Source of the DNA: Cylindrospermopsis raciborskii Cr2010
GTDB taxonomy: Bacteria; Cyanobacteriota; Cyanobacteriia; Cyanobacteriales; Nostocaceae
Direction of reading: 5' to 3'
DNA: 32,000 nucleotides
NCBI RefSeq assembly: GCF_003367075.2
Contig: NZ_CP065936.1
Coordinates: 1,380,001 to 1,412,000 of the forward strand
Part shown: in pieces, positions 8,669 through 17,947 of the stretch
How the letters are laid out: each line of letters begins with the position of its first letter
How positions within the stretch are numbered: position 1 is the first letter of the stretch
Notes under the pieces: model-generated
Database searches by the model: none
What the model was told of the DNA's origin: nothing
The model's input: only the letters and a program-made list of their open reading frames with translations
Translations under genes and position numbers: made by a program

Positions 8669-10807
8669 ATGGGCGTGAGTAAGATGAATACAATCTGCTG
8701 TCTAAATCCGCACTGCTTAAATTACAATCCAGACAATTGTAAATACTGCCAAAAATGTGGTAGCAAATTAATCCTGCGAGAAAGATTCATTCCCAGAAAA
8801 ATTCTGGGACAGGGAGGGTTTGGACGCACATTTTTAGCAACAGATACGGGAAAACCCTCCCAACCTTTATGTGTCATTAAACAATTTTTACCCCAAGCTC
8901 AAGGAACAGACACTATTGACAAAGCATCCCGTCTATTTAATCAAGAAGCAAGACAATTAGAGGAGTTGGGCCAACATCCCCAAATCCCAGAACTGTTCGA
9001 TTATTTTACCCACCCTGAGGATAATCGTCAGTATTTAGTTCAAGAGTATATAGAAGGTGATACTTTGGAGGTAGAACTCCAGAAAAAAGGAGTGTTCTCC
9101 ACCACCCAGATAAGGGAACTATTAATAGAGTTGTTAAATATTCTAGCATTTGTCCATGAAAAGCAGGTTATTCATCGTGACATTAAGCCAGAAAATATAA
9201 TTCGTCGTGCTATGGACAGTAAACTTTTCTTAGTAGATTTTGGTGCAGCTAAAGTGGTGGATGGACAAGCTGAAATGAAGGAGGGTACAGTTATTGGTTC
9301 CATGGAATATTGCGCTCCGGAACAAATTAGAGGTCAAGCCACATTTAGTAGTGATATATATAGTCTGGGTGTAACTTGTATGTACTTGGTCACTAATGTT
9401 GACCCTACTAGCTTTTATGATACCACAACAGAAAAATTTTTATGGCGTAACCATCTAGGTACTAATTCTGTCACTGACCAACTGGGAAGAATTTTGGATA
9501 AAATGACAGCATCTGTCCGTGAACGTTACCAGTCAGTTGGTGAAGTGATAAAAGAATTAAATTTTGCTGAGTCGAATCAGTCCGAAACTAAATCAGATGT
9601 TAACCCGGTCAATTATTGGCAAACATTAGTTTCCCGTGCTGTAGAGAAAGGGAAACAAAGTGTGCAACAATGGTTTAGTATTAATGATAGTCAAGTGGCA
9701 GAAATTTTGGCCACAGTTACTAGTCAATTACCCACTACAGAAGCTTTATTACTTGGGAAACCACAAACTGGTAAAAGTTCAATTGTTAGGGGTTTTACAG
9801 GTGTGTCTCCAGAGATTATTGGTCAGGGTTTTCGTCCCCACACTCAAAATACAGAAAGATATATCTATCCTAATAATGATTTACCATTAATTATCTTTAC
9901 AGACACAGTAGGTTTGGGCGATACTGACAAAGATACAGAGGTTATTATTCAAGAGATAATTAAGGATTTAAATACTGGAACCAAGCGAGCAAGAGTTTTC
10001 ATACTAACTGTAAAAATCAACGACTTTGCCACCGATACCCTACGAAATATTGCCCAAAAATTACGTCAGCAGTATACACATATTCCCTGTTTATTGGCAG
10101 TAACATGTTTACATGAAATCTATCCACCGGATATGAAAAATCACCCTGATTATCCACCAAATTTTGCAGAAATTAATCGAGCATTTGATGAAATTAAAGC
10201 TAACTTTTCCGGGTTATATGACCGAGCAACTCTGGTAGATTTTACCTTAGAGGAAGATGGTTATAGTCCAGTTTTTTATGGACTAGAAGCATTTCGAGAT
10301 AGTTTAACCAGTCTTTTACCAGAAGCAGAAGCTAAGACAATTTATCAGTTGTTAGATGAACAAGCGGGAGATAAATTAGGCAATATTTATCGTGATACCG
10401 CTAGAAGATATATTTTACCTTTTTCCATTATGGCCACTACTTTAGCAGCAGTACCTTTACCCTTCACTACTATGCCAGTTTTAACAGCTTTACAAGTTTC
10501 CATGGTTGGACTTTTGGGCAAATTATATGGTCAAACTTTGACCCCTTCCCAAGCAGGTGGAATTGTTAGTACAATTACAGGTGGTTTTTTGGCTCAAGCT
10601 ATAGGAAGAGAATTAATTAAATTTATCCCCGGTTTTGGCACTGTAATTGCAGCATCTTGGGCGGGTGCTTATACCTGGTCTTTGGGTGAAGCTGCTTGTG
10701 TTTATTTTGGAGATTTAATGGGTGGTAAAAAACCCGATCTACAAACAATTCAAAATGTCATGGAACAGACTTTTCAATCTAAAGAGAATACGCAAAAGGA
10801 GGAATGA
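8669..10807 (+). CDS. Multidomain Ser/Thr protein kinase: N-terminal zinc ribbon, Hanks kinase, P-loop GTPase-like domain, C-terminal glycine-rich membrane domain (DUF697-like by recollection)
   Basis: Cys cluster CCLNPHC...CKYCQKCG (aa 10-30). Kinase motifs GQGGFGRTF, VIK, HRDIKPEN (nt 9173-9196), DFG (9236-9244) and CAPE. Walker A GKPQTGKS (nt 9755-9778) and DTVG (aa 412-415). Two hydrophobic Gly-rich segments at aa ~585-680. Confidence 0.85.
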   Translation: MGVSKMNTICCLNPHCLNYNPDNCKYCQKCGSKLILRERFIPRKILGQGGFGRTFLATDTGKPSQPLCVIKQFLPQAQGTDTIDKASRLFNQEARQLEELGQHPQIPELFDYFTHPEDNRQYLVQEYIEGDTLEVELQKKGVFSTTQIRELLIELLNILAFVHEKQVIHRDIKPENIIRRAMDSKLFLVDFGAAKVVDGQAEMKEGTVIGSMEYCAPEQIRGQATFSSDIYSLGVTCMYLVTNVDPTSFYDTTTEKFLWRNHLGTNSVTDQLGRILDKMTASVRERYQSVGEVIKELNFAESNQSETKSDVNPVNYWQTLVSRAVEKGKQSVQQWFSINDSQVAEILATVTSQLPTTEALLLGKPQTGKSSIVRGFTGVSPEIIGQGFRPHTQNTERYIYPNNDLPLIIFTDTVGLGDTDKDTEVIIQEIIKDLNTGTKRARVFILTVKINDFATDTLRNIAQKLRQQYTHIPCLLAVTCLHEIYPPDMKNHPDYPPNFAEINRAFDEIKANFSGLYDRATLVDFTLEEDGYSPVFYGLEAFRDSLTSLLPEAEAKTIYQLLDEQAGDKLGNIYRDTARRYILPFSIMATTLAAVPLPFTTMPVLTALQVSMVGLLGKLYGQTLTPSQAGGIVSTITGGFLAQAIGRELIKFIPGFGTVIAASWAGAYTWSLGEAACVYFGDLMGGKKPDLQTIQNVMEQTFQSKENTQKEE

Positions 10808-10829
10808 GATGCTGTAATAGTTTGGGTGG

Positions 10830-11693
10830 CTATCCATTCCCAGATTCTCTTAGAGCTTGTAGAAGTAGGTCTGTTAAATTTAATTTTTTCCCCCATTCTC
10901 CAAGATAGTCAAAGTCGAGAAGTTCCTTTTGGAGTTTTAAGACACCTAAAATATCTCGCCACTGTTTTTGAGATTCGCTGTTAGCCATCCGAAACCAGAG
11001 CAGTTTTTGTAGGATTGTATCTTCCGGTGTACAGATATAGAAAGATTTAGTCCTATCCCCATCCGGAAGGTGTAGCACACGACGAGACATTTGAGAAAGG
11101 GAAAATTCATCCTCTTTCATCACAAAAATGTCAGCTTTTTCCGTGGTAGTTAAATGGATGACATTAAATGATAAAGTCTTTCCATTCACAGCTTCTTCCA
11201 CAGCAGTATAGCTGATATAGAATTGATCTGTCATGGCCCTAATTAGTGGCTGAATTTGACTATTTTCAATGTTGGCGATTACATCCAAATCCTGGGTGAG
11301 TCTCACCTCCCCCTGGAGAGAACTAGCAACTGATCCTCCCACATAATAAATGATATCCAATGAACTCAAGATAGATGCTAACTCCAGTGCTAACCAAATT
11401 GGATCCTCTATCATTAAATCTCTCTCATATTTTAAACCCGATAATAAATTAGCCCACTTATCTCCTAAGCGTTTTCTAATATAGTATTCTCTTATTATTT
11501 CTTTTGAAGCATTAGGAAATTGGCTTTTAATTCCCGCTAATGCTAATATAGAACCGCGTTTTGTTATTCGTTTAAATAGAGATTCTTTTTCACCTGAACT
11601 CATGTTTCGCCAAAGTCTAAACTGTACTTGTTCAGCTGCGAACGAAGTATCCATAGACTGGGTTCGGTAGTTCACCGGTTTGCTTACTGTCAT
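10830..11693 (-). CDS. Pol-beta-superfamily nucleotidyltransferase domain protein
   Basis: NTase signature VGGSVASSLQGEVRLTQDLDV (nt 11280-11339; hG[GS]-x9-13-D-h-D). The helical C-terminal region contains KQWRDILGVLK. The track ORF starts at TTG 11729 and overlaps the upstream gene; ATG 11693 (MTVSKP...) avoids the overlap. Confidence 0.7.
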   Translation of the reverse strand: MTVSKPVNYRTQSMDTSFAAEQVQFRLWRNMSSGEKESLFKRITKRGSILALAGIKSQFPNASKEIIREYYIRKRLGDKWANLLSGLKYERDLMIEDPIWLALELASILSSLDIIYYVGGSVASSLQGEVRLTQDLDVIANIENSQIQPLIRAMTDQFYISYTAVEEAVNGKTLSFNVIHLTTTEKADIFVMKEDEFSLSQMSRRVLHLPDGDRTKSFYICTPEDTILQKLLWFRMANSESQKQWRDILGVLKLQKELLDFDYLGEWGKKLNLTDLLLQALRESGNG

Positions 11694-11713
11694 ACTCAAA
11701 TAATAGTTACCCG

Positions 11714-12043
11714 TTAGTACCCACAACAACGGTCAATCCCTAAACTATCCAATAACAGATCGCTAACTGCGTTGGCGATCGCAAATTCCCCATAAAAGCT
11801 TTTAGAAAAATCAAAAGACTGCATTTCGGTCACAATAGCAATCACCAAGGAACCCAAATCATTTTCCCCCTCCATACGTTGTCTAACAAAAATCTGGGCT
11901 GCGCGCTGGGCAATTTTCTGATTAACCACTTCCGGGAGGAATTCCGTATCCAACCACTGTAGAAGTCGTTTTTGTAACCATTCCCCCTCGATTTGGGGAT
12001 TTTCTGCAGGTGGTAAAGTAATAGGAGAAATAGGTTGGTTCAT
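11714..12043 (-). CDS. Hypothetical protein, 109 aa, acidic, no motif I can name
   Basis: Clean ORF with non-random composition. It sits 20 nt upstream of, and co-directional with, the nucleotidyltransferase gene, and is divergent from aat. Confidence 0.55.
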   Translation of the reverse strand: MNQPISPITLPPAENPQIEGEWLQKRLLQWLDTEFLPEVVNQKIAQRAAQIFVRQRMEGENDLGSLVIAIVTEMQSFDFSKSFYGEFAIANAVSDLLLDSLGIDRCCGY

Positions 12044-12069
12044 TTGAATTCTGGTGTTTTTAAAAAACG

Positions 12070-12663
12070 ATGAAACGTGATACTGATGATACTTATGATG
12101 TTAATATTATTATTCAAGGTTATGCTCAAGGATATTTTCTCATGGCCGATGAGTATAATCAACTTAGATGGTATAGAAGTAAGGAACACACCCTAATTCC
12201 CCTAGATGAAAGATTCCGCTATCCTAGGTCCTTACAAAGGGCTCTCAATCAACAGAGATTCACAGTCAAGATCAACCGGGATTTTATGGGAGTAGTTAGG
12301 GGGTGTGCCAATCGGGAAACTACCTGGATTTCCCCCCAACTGCAACAAATCTACTGGTTATTGTATCAAGCTGGTTATGCTTACAGTTTTGAAACCTGGC
12401 AAGGTGATCAATTAGCAGGGGGGATTCTAGGAATTGTCATCGGTGGTGCTTTTATTGGTGAGTCCATGTTTTATCACATCCCTGAAGGATCCAAAGTAGC
12501 CATGGTTAAACTAGTAGAAAGACTGCGGGAGAGGAAATTTCTTGTGTTTGACGCACAAATAATGAATCCCCACCTGGCCAGATTTGGTGCTTATTCCATT
12601 CACGTTGAGGAATATAACACCTTACTGGGTTTAGCCATTGCAGCACCCTGCGATTTTCCATAG
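12070..12663 (+). CDS. aat: Leucyl/phenylalanyl-tRNA--protein transferase (N-degron pathway)
   Basis: 197-aa ORF with the [10 protein letters not shown]-terminal region and the GESMF motif (GESMFYH) typical of L/F-transferases. Confidence 0.85.
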   Translation: MKRDTDDTYDVNIIIQGYAQGYFLMADEYNQLRWYRSKEHTLIPLDERFRYPRSLQRALNQQRFTVKINRDFMGVVRGCANRETTWISPQLQQIYWLLYQAGYAYSFETWQGDQLAGGILGIVIGGAFIGESMFYHIPEGSKVAMVKLVERLRERKFLVFDAQIMNPHLARFGAYSIHVEEYNTLLGLAIAAPCDFP

Positions 12664-12685
12664 ACAGGGAGATTACTCGCCACCT

Positions 12686-12889
12686 CTATTTAATATTCGC
12701 TCGTGCGTCCTTGACCGCAGCAACAAACAACAAGACGGTCACAGGAATACTAATAGCCAAAATAATAGCAGTGGTTTGGAAACCAAAATTAGGTTGGCCA
12801 TAACTGAGTTCAAATACCGAACCAACAGCAGCGATCGCTGTTATACAGGAACCACCTAAAAACAGGCCACTTTTGGGAGTTAAATACAC
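12686..12889 (-). CDS. Small two-helix membrane protein, function unknown
   Basis: 67 aa with two hydrophobic segments (LFLGGSCITAIAAVGSVF and TTAIILAISIPVTVLLFVAAV). Its ATG lies 2 nt after the def stop, which suggests co-translation. The overlapping plus-strand ORF 12638-12859 looks non-coding. Confidence 0.55.
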   Translation of the reverse strand: MYLTPKSGLFLGGSCITAIAAVGSVFELSYGQPNFGFQTTAIILAISIPVTVLLFVAAVKDARANIK

Positions 12890-12891
12890 AG

Positions 12892-13464
12892 CTAGATCAC
12901 CTCGACTAATGGTTTAACAGCTTGATGAGAGAAACCATTTTTAGACAGTTCCTCCGTCAAACTGAGAGAATTTTCCACACGATCAACAAATACCACACCA
13001 TTGAGGTGATCCATCTCGTGTAAAATACATCTTGCCAACAAATTATCAGCTTTTAGGGTCTGAGGACGGCCATATTCATCTTTATAGGCAATTTCTACAA
13101 TTTTTGGGCGTTTGACCTCCAAAAAAACTTTGGGGATGCTTAAACACCCTTCTTGAGCAACACAAAGCTCACTACTAACTTGTTTAATTACAGGATTAAT
13201 CAATACCAATGGGGGTATTTCCGGCTTATCAGGGTTACAGTCAATAACAACTAACTGTTTATTAACTCCCACCTGAGGTGCGGCCAAACCAATACCATCT
13301 TCGCTGTACATAGTTTGGAGCATATCTCGGATCAGTTGACGAAGTTCATCATCTATTTTAGTGATCCGTTTAGCAGGTTGACGGAGAACCCGGTCACCTA
13401 AGTAATGAAGTTTCAGGGGAGGTTTTGTTAACTTTTTCTTTTCGACAGTGATACCAGAGGACAT
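12892..13464 (-). CDS. def: Peptide deformylase
   Basis: All three motifs are present: GIGLAAPQVG, EGCLSIP and HEMDHLNG. Confidence 0.95.
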   Translation of the reverse strand: MSSGITVEKKKLTKPPLKLHYLGDRVLRQPAKRITKIDDELRQLIRDMLQTMYSEDGIGLAAPQVGVNKQLVVIDCNPDKPEIPPLVLINPVIKQVSSELCVAQEGCLSIPKVFLEVKRPKIVEIAYKDEYGRPQTLKADNLLARCILHEMDHLNGVVFVDRVENSLSLTEELSKNGFSHQAVKPLVEVI

Positions 13465-13613
13465 AGTTAGATTAACGATTAGATGAACGACTAATGACTA
13501 ATAAGTGCCTAATTAATTCTATCCTGATTTTCAGGGGAATTTTTCATCAAAGAAGTGAACTCTAGGCTCTAAAGTATGGCAAAATATCCTGGTCACCAAT
13601 TTTGGATCTCCAA

Positions 13614-14039
13614 ATGAAGTCTCAAATATCCCTATATGAGCAAGATTTTGCCCTATGGTCGGAAAGGATGGCCGACCTAATTGCTGCCAAACGTTTTGAA
13701 GATCTAGATATAGATAATCTGGTAGAGGAAATTAGAGACTTGTCTAAACGAGAGAGAGATAGATTATTGAGTAGTGTTCGTCTAATTCTCCATCACTTAC
13801 TTAAATGGGACCACCAACCTGAAAAACGCTCTCGAAGTTGGCAAATTACCATTGAAAGGGAGAGAAAGAATCTTGATTTATATTTGGAGGATAGTCCTAG
13901 CCTAAAACGCTATTTTTGTCAAGAGTGGGTAAACAAAATGTATCCTACTGCCCGATTAGACGCAATGAAAGAGGCTGAAATAGATATGCCACAAGACTGT
14001 CCTTATTCCCTTCAAGACGTAGTTGAAAGAATACTGTAA
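13614..14039 (+). CDS. DUF29 family protein
   Basis: The LYEQDFALW N-terminus, NLVEEIRDLSKRER and HLLKW pattern are typical of cyanobacterial DUF29 proteins. The ORF is open from TTG 13602; ATG 13614 is preferred. Confidence 0.8.
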   Translation: MKSQISLYEQDFALWSERMADLIAAKRFEDLDIDNLVEEIRDLSKRERDRLLSSVRLILHHLLKWDHQPEKRSRSWQITIERERKNLDLYLEDSPSLKRYFCQEWVNKMYPTARLDAMKEAEIDMPQDCPYSLQDVVERIL

Positions 14040-14258
14040 TAGAATTTACCCCCCGAATACTCCTGGTTTTGGGATATAATTCCTCCTGTTAACCTAGACC
14101 CAGCGAAATGCTAGGATTGGAACAGGAATTGCTTAGAATTTCCCAGGGACATCTGAACTTAATTGAGAACTGTCCCAGGAATTTCCAGCATACATGTTTA
14201 GTGCGATCGCATCGCCTCGTAGGTTAGCTTTAAACAACAAGTTAAAGTTAATTAACAA

Positions 14259-14972
14259 CTATAATAAACCTCGATAACGAATAAAAATCAAAACTGCTGC
14301 CCAAGATCCCAACGCCACTTTCAGTGCAACAATAATATTTAATATGGGTAGGATCCCACCACTAAATAATTTCCCCAGTTCTCCATGAGGTAACTCAAAT
14401 CCCGATAAGGTAACCACTGATAACACGATAAAAATCAAAACTGAAATCTTTTCCCATATAGCTGCACGATACCGCTGATAAATATCCTCCATCCATTGAT
14501 AAGATGAAGTAATTGCCACTAAACCTATTGCTGTTCCACCTGCAACACCTGCAGCAAATCCCCCCCCAGGACTTAGATGTCCTCTAATTGCTAATTCTAT
14601 ACCCACTAATGCTGCAATGGTTGCTCCCAAACGAGCTAGGGTGATAGATGCTCTATCTTTGAACTGATAAATAGTACAAGATGGATTTTCACTGGCTAGT
14701 AAAAAATTACATCCTAAAATGGCAATTGTGAATACAATAACCTCAAAAATCGTATCGTAAAGGCGATTCCTAAAAATAATTCCCGACACTGCATTCACAA
14801 CCCCACTTTCAGCAACTACTTTTTCCGTGATGGAAATACCCGCTGGAACTATATTGGACATGGTGTCTTTTATAGTTGACATTCCAGATAAGTTAGACGC
14901 CACATCGGAGAGGAATAACATTTTTAAAAACAATGCTATCCCAGCTAGAATATAAACTAATCTCATTTTCAT
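14259..14972 (-). CDS. mrpB: Mrp-type cation/proton antiporter subunit B (MnhB domain)
   Basis: Polytopic membrane protein with the HLSPGGGFAAGV motif. Last gene of the cluster, with a 4-nt ATGA overlap with the preceding gene. Confidence 0.8.
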   Translation of the reverse strand: MKMRLVYILAGIALFLKMLFLSDVASNLSGMSTIKDTMSNIVPAGISITEKVVAESGVVNAVSGIIFRNRLYDTIFEVIVFTIAILGCNFLLASENPSCTIYQFKDRASITLARLGATIAALVGIELAIRGHLSPGGGFAAGVAGGTAIGLVAITSSYQWMEDIYQRYRAAIWEKISVLIFIVLSVVTLSGFELPHGELGKLFSGGILPILNIIVALKVALGSWAAVLIFIRYRGLL

Positions 14973-15556
14973 GGGTGTTTTTCCTCCGGTACTAAAATAT
15001 CAACATATTCTAAATTTTTTAACCCTGTATTTCTTGGCAGGATTTCACTCTCAATGATGTTATAAACACGGTGAACTCTAACTTCTGTTTGATAATTCTG
15101 GTTTTCAGTTTTTGTTGGCTCATCCCTAAATAAGGTGGGGAAACAGGTAGCATGAACCTCTTTAGAAATTAAGGCATTTCGGAGAGCTTGTTGATTGTTG
15201 TAGGTCAGAACTTCCAGTCTCATATAATGTTTACTGAAAACCCGGCGAAAATCCTCTATTAGTTTTTCAATCCCCCCATCTTGATTTTCTACTATTAATT
15301 CATTTTCCATTACCCCTAAACGTAAAACCAAAGAAGAACGTACTGCTATGGCATACAAAGTTACAGATAACATGGTACCCATTAATGCCTCTGTTAAAGC
15401 TACATCAGCCGCCCCTAAGACTGCATCTACCAAAGCGGCGATCGCACCTAAGACTCCGCGCAAAATTAATCCATGATAGGGGTTAACCTGGGTAACCAAT
15501 AAACCCGCAGTTAGGGGTAACAAAGCAACAATTATATAGAGATAAGAATCATTCAT
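14969..15556 (-). CDS. mrpA: Short MrpA-like subunit: DUF4040-type membrane segment plus a hydrophilic C-terminal extension of about 110 aa
   Basis: The N-terminal ~85 aa resemble the MrpA C-terminal domain (NPYHGLILRGVLGA...AADVALTEALMGT). The remainder (VMENELIVENQDGG...EEKHP) is hydrophilic. There is no NuoL-like domain. Confidence 0.65.
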   Translation of the reverse strand: MNDSYLYIIVALLPLTAGLLVTQVNPYHGLILRGVLGAIAALVDAVLGAADVALTEALMGTMLSVTLYAIAVRSSLVLRLGVMENELIVENQDGGIEKLIEDFRRVFSKHYMRLEVLTYNNQQALRNALISKEVHATCFPTLFRDEPTKTENQNYQTEVRVHRVYNIIESEILPRNTGLKNLEYVDILVPEEKHP

Positions 15557-15839
15557 TTTCCACCTCTGGGGTTATATCTTCCGTTGAGCAATGGGCAATT
15601 ACATAACCCAACATAGTATTCCAAATCGCCAGGGAAATAATTGCCAAAAGTAGTAGTGGCCATTTACTGGGAATTATGAATAAAATGGCAAGTATGATCA
15701 GCATTGAACCCAGGGTATCAGCTACAGAAAGTCCATGCAATTTGAATAGTACTGATTTATCACTAACTAAATGGGAAGTTCCCCAAAACCAGAATAAAAT
15801 CCCAATTGTCATCAAGATATAACTAATAAGATCCATCAT
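15549..15839 (-). CDS. mrpG: Mrp antiporter subunit G
   Basis: 96 aa, three hydrophobic helices, an FKLHGLSVADTLG motif resembling the MnhG RxHA..K..TLG motif, and its position in the cluster. Confidence 0.7.
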   Translation of the reverse strand: MMDLISYILMTIGILFWFWGTSHLVSDKSVLFKLHGLSVADTLGSMLIILAILFIIPSKWPLLLLAIISLAIWNTMLGYVIAHCSTEDITPEVENE

Positions 15840-16086
15840 TTAACCTCCTTATCACATGTGCTAATAACATAAATCCTGCATTTCCCAAACTTAAAATAAT
15901 TGCCGCTACTACTCCAATCATCCAATCATCTCGCACAACAGAAATGACTAAAATTATGATTGATACTTTACTAGAAATACTACCTAGAGACAACATTAAT
16001 TGCCAGGTATTATCTGTTTTCCATACCTCGTAAATGGGAATTAACAAACCAGCAATCATTGCTACTAAAACAATTTGTAAATACAT
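15823..16086 (-). CDS. mrpF: Mrp antiporter subunit F
   Basis: 87 aa, three hydrophobic helices, and its position between the E and G subunits. Confidence 0.65.
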   Translation of the reverse strand: MYLQIVLVAMIAGLLIPIYEVWKTDNTWQLMLSLGSISSKVSIIILVISVVRDDWMIGVVAAIILSLGNAGFMLLAHVIRRLNDGSY

Positions 16087-16088
16087 AG

Positions 16089-16472
16089 TTATTTTTTACC
16101 TCCAGGTTTAATTTGATGGACTTCGTAAAATCCCCGTTCATTATGATTAAAAACAATAGTTTTAGGTGTGAACGTAATCAGAAATATATCCATGAATATC
16201 AGTAAATATGAATGTTTATTTTTCACATTTTCTCTGATAATTTCTTCCTGATAATGGGGAAACAAGATGATCTCAAACGCCTCTTTAAAACCTACAACAA
16301 TGGCAACTAGTACCTGACCAAATACTCTTAACCATTCCGTAAATTTTGCCCTGGAACTGTAACCTCTAGGTAGTAAAAATGCAATAGCTACGCCAATTAT
16401 AATATTAACGGTGCTAAAATCAGCTGTCAGCAAAAACCAAATTGTCAGTCTTAGTATTAAGTGCCCAATCAT
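16089..16472 (-). CDS. mrpE: Mrp antiporter subunit E
   Basis: 127 aa with an N-terminal pair of hydrophobic helices and an ITFTPKT motif (compare MnhE ITLTPGT). Confidence 0.7.
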   Translation of the reverse strand: MIGHLILRLTIWFLLTADFSTVNIIIGVAIAFLLPRGYSSRAKFTEWLRVFGQVLVAIVVGFKEAFEIILFPHYQEEIIRENVKNKHSYLLIFMDIFLITFTPKTIVFNHNERGFYEVHQIKPGGKK

Positions 16473-17926
16473 GATAATGCCATCCCAAATAAAAAGATTA
16501 AGGTTAAACTCATTACACCTACTAAATGTTCAAACTTCTCCAATGTATGTGGTAGATGAACAGCTAATTGTGGAGCTAACTTTTGCAGAATTAAATGATA
16601 TATCAGCCAACCAATTACAGTAGTGACAATTGCTTTAAGTATATCCCCAAAATTGTAGGCTGGTAAATATACAATATTAGTAATGAATAAACCAGCAATT
16701 AACACAATTACTGCTATCCAAAACCCAGATTTTACATCTTGTTTAGTCCCTAGCTTATCATTGAACTTATGGGGAAGAAAAATGAATTTAGCAAAAAAAA
16801 TCGCTGTGCCTAATGCTGCGACATTCATGGCGACAAACTGCCAAGATGTGAAGTTTCTCAAAGTCAAAACCTTGGCAGGAAACCCCGCCAATAAGGGAAA
16901 TCCAGAAATCGATAAACTGGCAAGAACTAAGGGTATCCAAACCACAGTATTAATTGATTGAGATTGCAGCTCCTTAAAGTTACGTGTCGGTAAAGAACCA
17001 ACAATTAAAAACAAGGATGATTTAACCATTCCATGGGTTAGTGCATAAAATCCTCCTACCTCTGGTGCAGCTAAAATAAATCCCAACTGGGATATAGTTG
17101 AGAAGGCTAACATCCGTTTTGTATCTTTTTCTAAAATCGCATAATATACACCCATTAAAGCTGTTCCTGCGCCAAAAATTACCACAATATGATAAATATT
17201 TTCGTCTATCGCAGCGCAACGTAATAGGGGTAAAAGGCTGGCCTTAACTACAATACCCGAAAGTATTGCAGAAACTGGTGTTTCTGATTCAGCGTGAGTG
17301 ACAGGTAACCATAAACCAGAGACAAAAACTCCTGCTTTAACTAACAGTCCCAACAAAATTAATGCTATGGCTTCTGGTGGTGCATTTTTTAATGCAGAAA
17401 AACTAAAAGATAAGCTTTTTTCATAAATTAATACAGCCCCCATGAGATAAAATAACATAGAAATGTTGCTAACAAATAGATAGCGCAAACCTACCCAAAT
17501 TGAGCGATCACTCCTACTATATGCTATCAATAAAAATGCAGCTATTCCACTTACTTCTAATGCCACATACAAACTGATAAAATCTGCACATATAAAAGCC
17601 GCATTCAAACTGCCATGAACCAATAGAACTTGGGCATAAAAAAAGGCATTTTTGTCACTTTTCCAACAGTATAAAACTACTGCAATTGTTACCACAGCAT
17701 TGGTTAAGATAAAGTAGCCACTTAACTGGTCAACCACTAAGGTGACCCCAAAACTGTTCAATAAATTAAGTTGAATTTGTGGTTTATTAATTAATAGCCC
17801 TATACCATAAACAGCACTAGCTAATGTACCTAAAAATGCCAGGTGTCTATTAAGTCGTGGGACCAAAAAAACCATAAATCCCAGAAAAAATGGGATACCT
17901 ACCCAAACCGTTGTTATAGTATTCAT
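16469..17926 (-). CDS. mrpD: Mrp antiporter subunit D (NuoL/M/N-type proton-conducting subunit)
   Basis: 485-aa polytopic membrane protein with the WLPVTHAESETPVSAILSGIVVKA signature of complex-I antiporter-like subunits. Confidence 0.85.
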   Translation of the reverse strand: MNTITTVWVGIPFFLGFMVFLVPRLNRHLAFLGTLASAVYGIGLLINKPQIQLNLLNSFGVTLVVDQLSGYFILTNAVVTIAVVLYCWKSDKNAFFYAQVLLVHGSLNAAFICADFISLYVALEVSGIAAFLLIAYSRSDRSIWVGLRYLFVSNISMLFYLMGAVLIYEKSLSFSFSALKNAPPEAIALILLGLLVKAGVFVSGLWLPVTHAESETPVSAILSGIVVKASLLPLLRCAAIDENIYHIVVIFGAGTALMGVYYAILEKDTKRMLAFSTISQLGFILAAPEVGGFYALTHGMVKSSLFLIVGSLPTRNFKELQSQSINTVVWIPLVLASLSISGFPLLAGFPAKVLTLRNFTSWQFVAMNVAALGTAIFFAKFIFLPHKFNDKLGTKQDVKSGFWIAVIVLIAGLFITNIVYLPAYNFGDILKAIVTTVIGWLIYHLILQKLAPQLAVHLPHTLEKFEHLVGVMSLTLIFLFGMALS

Positions 17927-17947
17927 CTTTATTAATCCACGTTAAAT

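Noticed and set aside
9660-9890. 76-aa out-of-frame ORF inside the kinase gene
   Set aside because: It is an alternative frame of a strongly supported CDS and has no motif.
10830-12043. Calling the 109-aa / nucleotidyltransferase pair a toxin-antitoxin or Abi defence system
   Set aside because: Only the generic Pol-beta NTase motif is visible. I see no HTH, HEPN or AbiEi-like partner, and there are no flanking mobile or defence genes. It is kept as a low-confidence hypothesis in the findings, not as a call.
12638-12859. 73-aa plus-strand ORF overlapping the small membrane ORF
   Set aside because: It is polar and Arg/Asn-rich with no motif. The minus-strand ORF has coherent membrane-protein composition and is coupled to def.
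16411-17219. Track ORFs 16411-16623, 16683-16961 and 17022-17219 within the mrpE/mrpD region
   Set aside because: They are antisense to, or out of frame with, well-supported membrane subunit genes.
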